This document shows, one piece after another, positions 50,301-62,388 of a DNA stretch of 64,000 nucleotides; position 1 is the stretch's first letter; every line of letters starts with the position of its first letter. The stretch spans positions 514,459 to 578,458 of the forward strand of contig JAAOMT010000009.1 of the NCBI GenBank assembly GCA_016748015.1, given 5' to 3'. A program made the position numbers and the translations under genes. Below the pieces are notes generated by a model that was not told where the DNA came from, did not search any database, and saw only the letters and a program-made list of their open reading frames with translations. The stretch is from Geosiphon pyriformis uo1. Its lineage: Eukaryota; Fungi; Glomeromycota.

Positions 50301-52084
50301 AGAATAACAAACTAGCTTAGATCAAATTTATATCATTAAAAATAAAAATCAAATAAATAATAATATTTTTTATTACAGAAAAATTAAAATATATAATATT
50401 ATAATATATTTATATATATATAATAGAATTATAAAAAATGAAGCATGTTTTTTTATTATAAGACTATAATAATAATATAAAATTATGAACAGTAATATTT
50501 ATTAACAAAGTATATAAAAGTATATAATAACAGTTTTTTAAATTCTATGATAGTTTATTAATATTGGCTTTGGCCATATAAACAGAGTTTTTACTCAATA
50601 AAATTAATTATTTAAAAGCAACTAGATTAATAATCTTAAAATTTTTAAACTTGATCAATATTTTTTGTCAAAGACTAATAAACTGTAATTTAATTAAAAT
50701 AATTTTACCAAATTTAAATAATGTTAATTTTAATGCTAATTTAAACAAATCTATCAAAATTTTCTTAACAATAATTTTTTAAATTGATTTAATATTGATT
50801 TTTTTTAAATTGGCATTAATCAAAATTTTTTTACTTATAATTAACTCTTTAATTACAAACAAATTAAATTCAAAAATAAAAGTAAACTAAATAATATTTT
50901 GGTATTTTGAGAAAATAAAAATACTTCCAAAATTATTAATTTTATAAAATATTTTTTTAATATATTTGAGTTTTTTATTCAAATTTTTACTAAGTATTAC
51001 AGCAATATTAATATTCAAAACAAAAAATTTTACTAAGTTAAAAAATATTTTTTTTTTAGTATTTGTGTTAAACTATAAAATAAAATTAAAAAAGATAAAA
51101 ATTAGAAGTTTAAAGATATTTTTATTGTTAAAGTTATTGAATAATTTTTTAGGAAATTTTTTCAAATTGTAAAAATAAATATAAATGTTTTTAATGTGGT
51201 TTTATTCATGTATTTATTATTATTGGAATTATTAGGATTTATAAAGCTGGTTTTTTTATTAATATATTTTTTAAATTAACTATATTAAATAAATTACTAA
51301 TATTGTTTTTTTTATTTTTTATTCTGCTGTTTTAAAAACAATATTTGGTTGTGTTATTAGTTTTCAATATATTTATAGCCAAAAATTTAGCCAAAAAATT
51401 CATTATATTAGATTTAACAATGCATTTTTTTAATTATTGACTAAAACTTTTTAAAATATAAATATATATGTTTTGGTTTTTTTTGTATTAGAATAATTTT
51501 TTACTTTAGTCTTACTAGAATTCATAAAACTAGTTGTACTATTAGTCAATTTTATTGTTACAAATGAGTTTGTGTTTAGAAAAATAGTTAAGAATTCGAA
51601 TAAATAAAGAAAAAAAGAAAAATTTTTTCTGTAATTTTAGTAATTTTATTATAAATAAGAGATTTATGTAACAAAAATTTTTTTTATAATATTTTTTTCT
51701 ACTTTTTACTTAAAAAAAAATAAACATCAAATTTAATCATAGAATAATAAAACTATTTAAATTAAACAATATTATGTTTTCAAATTTTCTGTTTTGTTTT
51801 AATTATAATTATAAAATTATAAAGAAAAAGTTTTTATTTATTTTTTTAATTAATAATTTAGAAATACAATTAAATATTGTAATTAAAATTTCAATATTTT
51901 TATAATTAATATAAATTAAAGTCTTTTTTAAAAAATTTATTATATTATATTATAAATTAATAACTTTACAAAATTTAAAAAATATAACTATGAATAATGA
52001 TAATTAAAAACATTGTGTAGATATAAATGGAATTTCCAACACATTGTGATAAAATCAGATAGGAGATATACTGTTATGGATAGA

Positions 52085-52103
52085 ACGCGTCAGGGCAGCG
52101 CGT
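52085..52103 (+). promoter_or_regulatory. MCB-like G1/S elements (ACGCGT 52085-52090; GCGCGT 52098-52103)
   Basis: Two CGCG boxes 54-72 bp upstream of the POL2 ATG, at the edge of a CpG-depleted desert. Confidence 0.65.
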
Positions 52104-52156
52104 CTTGGATATTAAAAACGCCTTTTCATTATTTTTCAACCACTTTTCTTTAGTAA

Positions 52157-55100
52157 ATGATGCACAACGAAATTGAACAAAATCTCAGACTTTTTTCGTA
52201 TGAGGAAGGTCCTCCCAAGAAAGGATGGCTCTTCAACATGTGTTCAGTTAGTATCCACCTAACTGTATTGGCCATTTTGATTTCTTACGAAAGGGATATT
52301 TTTTGAGTACTAGTTTTTTTACCAATTAGACAACGGTGATAGACCCAAAGAAACGCCAAAATCTTGCGGCAGTTGACCTATACTTTTATCAAGAAGACCT
52401 CACTTGTTTTAAAGTAACCTTGAAATACAAGCCATACTTTTACATTGCCTGCAAGGTGACAAGTATTAAAAGAAAGAGGATACACGATTCAGTTTTCAAA
52501 TCAAGTTCATCCAGTCTCAAAATAATGTTTTGATTATAGAAAGGCACTCATGAACGAGTTAAAGACTTTTTGCCCAAAATTTGGGCAGAAATTTATCGTA
52601 TTGAGGAGGAGAATGAGAAGCAGGACTTACAGCAGGTATCTCACCATCCTATAATTTTTATTCAATTCCATTCGCACGCATAGATTTTAATTTAATATTA
52701 AAAGCCAGATCATATGAGGAATCCTTGGATCAAAGTTTTGAAAATTATGTTTCATAATGTGAAAGATTTAGTCAATGTACGCAACAAGCTTGAGCCACTC
52801 ATTAAGAAGAACAAAAAGCTCAATGCCTCAACAGGCCATGATTCCGACACAGAAAGGTAGATATATTATTTATGCAATTTCAAATCCCAACCATTCATCT
52901 AATTTTGCTATTTCTTCACAGGGCCAGCAACTATGGGCAGGACAAATTCTATAAGATTGTTTCATCAATGACGGATATTCGTGAATCTGATGTGCCATAT
53001 TATCAAAGAGTGGCGATTGATAAAGGTAAAAACAGGAACATATATTCTTTGATTTCTCTTAATGGATATTGCATAATTCAAATTACACGTTGCTCCAGAT
53101 ATTAGAGTTGGGCGTTGGTATACAGTAGAGGCGAGACCAAGCTATGAAGGGGCTGAAATCATCCTGAAAAAAGAGGAAGATGTGGTCGAAAATCCAGAGA
53201 CAGTCGTTCTCGCCTTTGATATTGAGACCTATAAAGATCCCCTCAAATTTCCCGATTCAAAGAAAGATCCTATCATGATGATTTCATACATGATCGACGG
53301 CCAAGTATAATTTTCTATTCATCAAAGTTTCCTCGATTGCGATGAGAGGATATAGAAAATAAGACCTAACTTGTTTTAGGGGTTTCTTCTCACAAATCGT
53401 GAAATCATTTCTCAAGATATTGAAGATTTTGAGTACATTCCAAAGCCGGAATTTGGGGCAAAGTTTCGAATATTCAACGAAGCTAATGAAGTATAAGCTC
53501 TTTTAATTTATACCTACACGAACAAATCTTTATCATTGTTTAAATAATGCAAACTTCTGTATCCTATTTAAAAGTCAGGCCTTCTTATCCGATTTTTCGA
53601 GCACATCAATCGAGCAAAGCCTCATATTATTGTTACATATAATGGGGACTCTTTTGATTGGCCTTATGTGGCCGAACGCGCTGAATACCATTCCATGAAA
53701 ATAAGCTGGGTATGAAGCATTTTGTGATGTAAATTCTTTCCTTTCTTATGTGTTTTCTAAACCAATAGTATTTACTTTTAGGAAATTGGGTTTCAAAAAA
53801 CGGAAACGGGGAATGATGTACTATATACCAGCAAACACTGTGTACACATGGATTGTTTTCACTGGGTGCAAAGAGATAGCTATCTCCCTGCAGGAAGTCA
53901 AGGCTTAAAAGCTGTCACAAAAGCCAAACTAGGTTATGATCCTCTAGAATTAGATCCCGAAGACATGGTTCCGTAAGTTCTCAAACCTATATTCCATAGT
54001 AATTTGAAAGTTATTAATTCCAGTCTTCATTCGCAGCGCTGCGTGTGAACGACCCCAAGAATTGGCACAATATTCCGTGTCCGATGCCGTTGCTACCTAT
54101 TACCTTTATATGGAACATATACATAGTTTTATTTTTTCCCTGTGCAACTTGATTCCCCTCAATCCAGATGATGTATTGCGCAAAGGATCCGGTACTCTCT
54201 GCGAAGTTTTACTCATGGTAACATATAGTCTTCGATAATCTTCATCTTTTTGAAGGTTACAATCTAACTGAATGCTTCGAAATAAATTTTATAATGGTTA
54301 ATATAGACAGAAGCATACCATGCTAAAATATTGTTCCCCAATAAGCATTCAGAAGATTTGGAGAAATGGAATGACGGAAATTTGATTGATAGTGAGACCT
54401 ATGTGGGTGGTCATGTAGAGGCGTTAGAAGCTGGAGTTTTTAGGTCGGATATTCCGATTGAATTCATAATTGATCATGACTCCATTCAAAATGTAAGAAA
54501 TTTCATGGTATCAATCATTTTCGTCCGATGAAATTCCTAATTTTCAATACACATTTCAGCTGATTGAAAATGTGGACGATATTCTCAAATTTGCCATTGA
54601 AAATGAGGAAAAAGAAGAAAATATAATATGTTCAGATGTTATTAATTACAATGAAGTAAGATCTTTAGCTTTATATTTGGAAGTGAAACTGAAAGTTCTA
54701 ATTTTCTCAAAGGATTTTCTTGATTCCTAGGTGCGAGAGAAAATAGTATTTAATTTACAAAAATTATTAAAAGACTCCTCTAATGATCATAAACTGGTCA
54801 CACAACCAGCTATATATCATTTTGATGTAGGCGCGATGTATCCAAACATTATATTGACTAATCGCTTGCAGCCGGATGCTATTATGTCAATTGCTTCCAA
54901 TGCTCCTTGTGCCTTTAAGGTGGATGGGAAATCATGCGATCGATATATGGAATGGACATGGCGAGGGGAAGTTTTCACAGCTAACCGTGCTGAGGTTGAA
55001 CATTGTCGAAGGCTATTGGAACAAGAGATATTTGACAATGCGAAATACTCGGATCTACCTCAAGAGAAACAAAGTGAATTGCTTAAGAAGCGAGTCCAAG

Positions 55101-58100
55101 AATATGGGCGATCCACTAGAGGGGCAGCTAAGGAGACTAAGCTGGAACAAAGAAAAGTCATTGTTTGTCAAAGAGAAAACTCATTTTATGTTAACACTGT
55201 TAGGAATTTTCGCGACGAGCGATATAAATACAAACGGCTTCTGAAAGAATGGAAGAAAAAACTTCATGATGCTGGAAAGCGGCCCGAAGAGTTTAAAATT
55301 GCAAGGAACCGAATAGTTTTATATGATTCTTTGCAAATTGCGCACAAATGTATCTTGAACTCATTCTACGGTTACGTTATGAGAAAAGGTTCAAGATGGT
55401 ACTCTATGGAAATGGCTGGAGTAGTATGTTTGACCGGTGCAAAAATCATTCAAATGGCAAAAAAATGGGTAGAGACAATTGGAAGACCTCTAGAGCTCGA
55501 CACCGACGGAATATGGTGTATGCTTCCTTCCAACTTTCCGCGAAATTTTTCGTTCAACCTGTTTAGTGGGAAATCTCTTACTATTTCGTACCCATGTGTT
55601 GTACTCAATCACTTGGTCCGAAAACATTTTACCAATGATCAGTTCTTTGTTCTAAAGATCGATGGGAAATACGAAGTACGAAGCGAGAATACTATTTTTT
55701 TTGAGCCCGATGGCCCATATCGTGCTATGATTTTGCCAGCCAGCGAGAAGGCCGATAAAAAATTGAAAAAACGATATGCAGTTTTTAATGAAGCTGGAAA
55801 ATTAGTGGAATTGAAGGGTTTTGAAGTGAAACGTCGTGGCGAGTTGAAATTAATCAAAGTCTTTCAAAAAAGTATATTTCCGCTTTATCTTAAAGGAACC
55901 ACCTTAGAGCAAAGTTATGCAGCAGTTGCAGAAGTAGCCAACAAGTGGCTCGATGTTCTAGAGTCTAAAGGCAAAGGTATTGATGAAGTCGAATTAATTG
56001 ATCTCATCTGCGAAGGTAAGAATATGTCCCGCACGCTAGAAGATTATGGAGATGCAAAATCAACTCAAATCACGACTGCCAGGCGTTTGAAAGAATTTCT
56101 TGGCGCAGAAATGGTTCAAGAGAAAGGTCTGGCTTGTAAGTTTATTATTGGAGCAAAGCCCCATGGTATAGATGTCAGCCAACGCGCAATTCCAATAGCC
56201 ATTTTTTCTGCAGATTTTGCAGTGAAACAACATTTCCTTAGAAAATGGTTAAATGATCCAAGTTTACAAGCTTTTGACATAAGGGAAATTGTTGATTGGC
56301 ACTATTATTCAGAGAGACTGAAGCGTGTCATGCAAAAACAAATTGCTATTCCTGCTGTCACCCAGGGATTGCTAAATCCTATCCCAAGAGTAGTCCCACC
56401 AAAATGGCTGTTAGATGCGGCTAAGAAGGATAAACAACATCGAATCGATACCATGTTCCAAAAAGCCCCAAAAGATTTACCTCTTAAACAAAGGGAACAT
56501 CGACCGAATAATCTGAGTCTCCCCACTGATTCCTCTGAGCAAGATTTAGACGGTGGCGATCTAATGGAAGTCGAAAGCGAACGAAATCCGACTTGCGGGA
56601 ATATTTCCTCACCAAAAACAAAAGGATTTTCAGGATCAGAGAGAGAAGCCAAGAAACCCAAGTTAAAGCGTAAAATGAAAATAGAGTCACAATATGATGA
56701 AAATGATGTCATTCATAATAGCCGATTTTCTGATGCTTCTGACGGTCCCACTCAAAAAAAAAGGGCTAGAAAGCGTAAATCTGAGAAAAAAGGAAAATCG
56801 ATTTCCGTCCTAGATTCATTCTTCACTAACAAAAATGGCACGAGTTCTCAGAGTCAAAGTGATTTTCTCATACTACAAATCGTTCCAACTACGAGTTTTG
56901 GCGAATTACGCGTCTTTGCTTTTGATAATAATCGATTGATTCCCATCACCATAACGATACTCAGAAAAGTTTATGTTAACTCACGCCGACCAGAACTTTC
57001 TGAAGACCTGAGGAAAATGTGTGATGATTTTATCAAAGCTAAACAGATCTTACCTGGTTGCCGTCAGAAGCATCATCTATTTGAGCTCTCTATGAAAGAG
57101 TCTATGTTCCAACAAAACCTTAACAACCTGTTAAGGGATCCAACTCTTGAGGGGGTCTACGAATCGAAAGTTCCTTTAGTCTTACAGGCGCTTACCCATG
57201 TCGGTTTTAGATGTGCCATTGACTATCATGGACACCTACTCAATCGAAAATACAATCTCACAGACTTTAAGAAACCAAAAAGCAAACCTCATTTTAACAT
57301 TGATAAGCTCCCTTTTTTGTACTTGATTTATATAACGACCAGCTTTGGAAAGATATGGGGACTTTTCAATTCTACAAAAACTAATGTTCAGTTTTTCGTT
57401 GAGCATCGCGAGAACTCAACTTCTCGCATTAAGAATGAGAAGATTGAAAAAATTTATGAGGACATATTCCAAGATATTGGCCCGGATGAGAATGATATCT
57501 TCATGTATTTCTCGATGATAAAGTCCGTGGTTAAACATTATTCAGATGAAGAAGCTGTAGGAAATCCTAAAAATGGAGGCCTAAATACCATTAAAGACAT
57601 CTTGCATGAAATAAGAGAGTATCGTGGCCCGAAACTTTTAGTTATCCAGTCCAAGAAGACAAATCCTTTAGGCAGATTGGTGTCCATGGAATTCCCCATG
57701 ATATCCATGCATCCCCCAGAGCTTAATATAAACGGCAAAACATCAAAGAATTGGCAAATAGATGCACTTGAAATGATCTTTCAAAATTACTTCAAAGTAG
57801 GACCATGGGTTCGGAATCGCATTAATATCGGATATTATACTGATATTCCTTTATGCAATCTTCCACTTGATTGGCAACTTTTTGCGATGGATGTTCAATT
57901 TTCAAGGATTCTCAGGGAGGATCAACATCTTCTCTGGTGGTCCCCTTCTCCTGATCCCGATTTTGGAGGGCATGAAATGGATCAATATTCATGTGCTACT
58001 GACATTTATTCTGCTTTTGAATACAACAACCCTGGTTTTTATAAGAACATGTGCATAGAATTTAAATTATTTCATGTGTTATCCAATGCCATTCTCCAGC

Positions 58101-59365
58101 ATGAGCAAATTTCAATGCCAGAAATGCCAGATGCTTTGCAAAGCCTCAAGAAGATGGTGGAAAAATGGTGGGTCGATGCTTCCAAATTGAATGAACCTAT
58201 TGCTGCTGAATTGGAAAACCATTTTCATCGATGGCTTAGCTCTCCTCAAGCTAATTTGCACGATCCTCGTCTTTATGGATCTGTAAAAAGGTTGATGACA
58301 AATGTATTATGGGGACTATATGATAAGCTTGATGGCATAGTGCATGCTGACCTCGGAACTATTATCCTTTCTACTTCAATAACCGACTTTCATAGTCTTG
58401 AGGAATATATTGATTCAATTAAGAGGGATATAGAAATAACAAGTCCTCTCGAACAATTAACACTAAAGAAAGGGAGAATTTGGTTGAAACTTTGGTGGGA
58501 GGACCCCATGAATTACGGGGGCATTTGCATCGACAATGCTGGAATATGCAAACAATCAATGCAATGGAACATTGCTACTTATCTACCTATAGAATTAGGC
58601 AGTGTGGTAGAAAAAATCATCCAAATCTTTATTGAAAAAACATTTGAGTTATCGAACAGCGCTGATATTGAATTTGATAATGATTCCGAATCTCTTACAT
58701 CCAATAAATACAAAGCACCCTTTAACCAAGTCATAAGTGCAATCGAAATGGTGATCGATAGAATTCACGAAAATCAGAAAAATGGGAATACCTTCAAGTT
58801 TCCTGAAATTCCTGGGGCTACATATAAGATGGAGAATCCCGCTCTTGAATTTCTTAAAATTGTATTCAAGATTTTAGGCCTGGATAAATGCCTTCAAGGA
58901 TCAATTGACCAATCAAAGGCCCGATTAATGGGAAGTCTGGATATCAGTGCTTTCAGCCAACAAGCTAAATTCCAAAATCCCGCAGGTGTAGTCAAAATTC
59001 GACTCGTTTCCTGTACTAAGTGTGGAGCTACACGAGATGTTGATCTTTGCCGAGAATTTGACTTGAATAAGACAGAATGGTGGCAATGTTTAATATGTGG
59101 AAAAGAATATGATCGAAACCATTTTGAAAGATTTTTGGTCATATGGCTGGAGTATCAAATTATGGCATATCAGTTGGCAGGTTTTAGATGTACTAGATGT
59201 ATGAAAGAAATAAAGGATCTTCAAGAAAATTGTGACTGTGGAAATTCATACAGGATTGATCAGGATCGCCAACAATTGGTAGAACAGCTACGTGTTCTGA
59301 AAGAGGTATCCCATTTCAAAAAAATGTTGATATTAAAGGATATGACTATTCGGCTATCATTTTAA
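52157..59365 (+). CDS. POL2: DNA polymerase epsilon catalytic subunit (divergent POL2/POLE), 13 exons, ~2102 aa. Exons: 52157-52246, 52330-52455, 52540-52635, 52705-52856, 52922-53025, 53099-53304, 53380-53490, 53575-53709, 53782-53972, 54037-54217, 54307-54492, 54560-54655, 54731-59365
   Basis: All 12 introns are GT..AG and splice in frame. ExoI AFDIET, Exo[11 protein letters not shown], ExoIII YSVSDA; Pol motifs [27 protein letters not shown]; [12 protein letters not shown]; C-terminal CysA (CTKC..CLIC) and CysB (CTRC..CDC). Confidence 0.95.
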
Positions 59366-60089
59366 TCTTGTAATATACAAGCAATATTTTCGTTAATAAA
59401 AATATAAAAAGTAATAATTGTAAATATTATTTCTGACATTTGAGACTCTTAGGTTAGTTATTATTTTAAATTATATAATATTGAAATAACTTGAAGATTA
59501 ATTTTTAGATCGATATAGTATTAATAAATTGTGTTTTAAATTTTTAACCAAAATAAATTAAATTCATGTTTGTTAAAATATTTAAATATAAAAACATTAT
59601 TATATACATTTAAAATATAAATAAGTTTGGTTTTTATTTAATACAGTTGTTTTTTACATAATTACAATTAAATTATTGCTATTAAAAACCAAATTAATTA
59701 ATTATACAATAGTTTTATTAATATTAAACTTAATATTATAAGTTTAAAACTCTTAAAAATTTATTTTTAACAAAAAAATCTGAATTAAATATATTTATTA
59801 AATAAGTTGTTTATATTATATTTTATCTTAAAATTAATTATTTTTTGTTTAAATTGTTAACAATTTTTTTAAAAATACCAATAAAATTAATTAGTAAATA
59901 AAAATAACTTAAAAAACTTAAATACATAATAATACATTATTATAAACCAAAAACTTTAAAATTTACAATTTTATCAAAAAAATTTAAAACATTTTTGATT
60001 TTATTTAAAAAAATTATATTAACTAAAAACAAACTTAACATTAATTAATTTAACTTTTATTACTTTATTAAATATAAAAAACAATTTGA

Positions 60090-62300
60090 AAAGCTTTTTT
60101 TCTCATAGATTTTTCTCTTTTTCTGTTTTTTTTGTAAGTATTTTTGTTAACATCAACTTATTTATTATTATAGAATCAGTAATTTCTTTAGCTAAAGAAT
60201 TAAATAAAAAAAAACTAATATTGAATCTTATTTTAATGTTAAAAAAACCAGTAATTATTAATATTTGTTTACAGAAACACATATAAAAAAGCCAAAAAGC
60301 TTAGTTTAAATATTGTCAAGATCAATTTTTTGTTAATTCTGTAAATTTTAATGTTTTAAAAAATATTAATAATATTCTTAGTTAGTCTTAAAAAAGTGAA
60401 ATTAATAATAATTTAAATATTATAAACAATACTTTAAAGACTAAAGATTTAAAAAACTTAATTGTTAAGAAAACTAAATATACTAATTTAAGTAATAAAT
60501 TGAGATTTATTAAAAAATTGTTTTATTAAGTAAATAGTTTTAAAAGTGCTACTACTTTTTGAAAATTTTATGAAATAATTTGTTTAATTTTTAGCTTCAA
60601 AACTAGTTTTAATATAACCAAAAATTTAGTTATTAATAAAAAAATTTTGGTTAATATTAATCTAAAGTATGTTAATATTAAGTCAAATTAAAAAGTAATT
60701 GTTAAGAAAATCTCTATTAATCTTCTTAAATTAACTTTGAAATCAATATTAGCTAAATATAGTGTAATAAAATCAATTAAAATATAATTTATTGGTTTTT
60801 AACAAAAATGTTTATTAAATTTGAAAATATTGTTATAGTTAATCTATTTATTATTAAATAGTTGTTTATACTAAAAAAAATTTTGTGTATATTGCTAAAG
60901 TCAATACTAATAAATAAATATGAAATTTAAAAAATTATTATTATACTTTTTTATATAATTTGCTAATAAATACTATTTTTTACAATTTTTTGGAACTTTT
61001 GTTATTATATGATAAAAAACTTTGGTTATTATATAATAAAAAAATTTGTGTTATTTTTTACAATTTTATTATATATTAAAATCATACTATATTATAATAT
61101 ATTTTGAATTAACAAACATAAAAAATGCTATTATTTATTTAATTTTGGTTTTCAAAAATATAAATTTATATTGAACTGGTTTAATATTATTATTGTGTAT
61201 TACTTATTAACAATTAAATTATGTTTTAGACATATATATAATTAATAGTAGAATATTTGTTTATAATAAAAAATATTAATTTAAGTATAATATAAAGTAT
61301 TTTATACATATATATGCAAAAAAGCAAGTTTTAATTTTTTATTTGGCTTTATTTAATAGTAAAACATAGACTTTAATAATAAATAATAAAGTTTTTATTC
61401 TATTCTATACTTCTTTATACGATTTTTTTATGACAACACATGGTCTTAACAGTCTTAGTAGTAGTTTTTTAGCTTTGCTTCTAAAATTTTACTTAAATAT
61501 ATTAAACTATTTTTTAGAACTTTTGATAAATTAAGTGTCTGTTTTCTTAAATAAACTGAACTTTTTTTTTCTTAGTCTTTTTTTAATATTATTATAAAAG
61601 TACAATTGTTAAATATAATACTTTTAAGTTTATTGTCTACTATATATAATATTAATTTAGACATAATTTTAAACATCAAATTATTGTCTTATTATTTTTT
61701 ATTTATTATGTTAAATAAATTTATAAAATTATTTATAAGTAATTTAAAAATTTTTACATTAAAAATTGGTTACTTAAAAACCAATATATTGATCTTAAAA
61801 AGATTTGTCAAAACAATATTAAAAAAAATAAATTTTTTTTTTTGAATAGTGATATGGTTTTTTATTTTATTTTTAATAAGTAGCTTAATTTAAAAAATAG
61901 CTATTTATAATATTAAAAAAATAAATATTTTTGTTAAGCAAAATAATATTATTAAGTAATATAGAAAATTAAAAAATATTATTTTAATTATTACTAAAAC
62001 TAAACTTTATTTTAGTGTAAAGCTGTAAATTATCAATTAATTTATTAGTATAAAAGTATTTACTTCTGGTTTGAATTTTGGTTATTTAAATATTAATATT
62101 ATAATTATCATAAATAAAAATTAATTAAATATGTATTAAAAATATTAAAGATTTTTGATAAACTTCTAATAGTTTAATTGTTGTTTAAAAACAAATAATT
62201 AGTTTTTGTATTAAGTTTATATGTTAGTACTACTTTGAATAAATACTTAAATCAAATATTTGTTTTAAATTTTTTTATAGTTAGAGTATTTAATAAGAAT
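60090..62300 (+). mobile_element. Hyper-decayed ghost LINE (ORF1 plus APE start)
   Basis: 60530-60810 translates VNSFKSATTF*KFYEIIC..IKSIKI*FIGF*QK (cf. ORF1 VNDFGGASTPSKFGGIIR..IKSIKMQLVGLWQK); ~62050 IKVFTSGLNFG (cf. VQVFTSGLDFG). Confidence 0.75.
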
Positions 62301-62388
62301 ACTTTTATTATTTTAAGTAGTAATTTTAATAAAAATAATACAAAATACAATACCAACTTTAAGAAATATTTAGATTTTAACTTGGTAA

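Noticed and set aside
52076-52153. Upstream in-frame ATG extending POL2
   Set aside because: Closed by TAG TAA immediately before the ATG at 52157 and shows no Pol2 similarity; an unseen extra 5' exon cannot be fully excluded
54817-59142. Antisense and alternate-frame ORFs within POL2 and the TEs
   Set aside because: Shadows of real coding frames with no independent motifs
49892-61845. Short I/K/L/F/N-rich ORFs in the AT deserts (49892, 50966, 60086, 61606; also 15418)
   Set aside because: Compositional artefacts of decayed TE DNA
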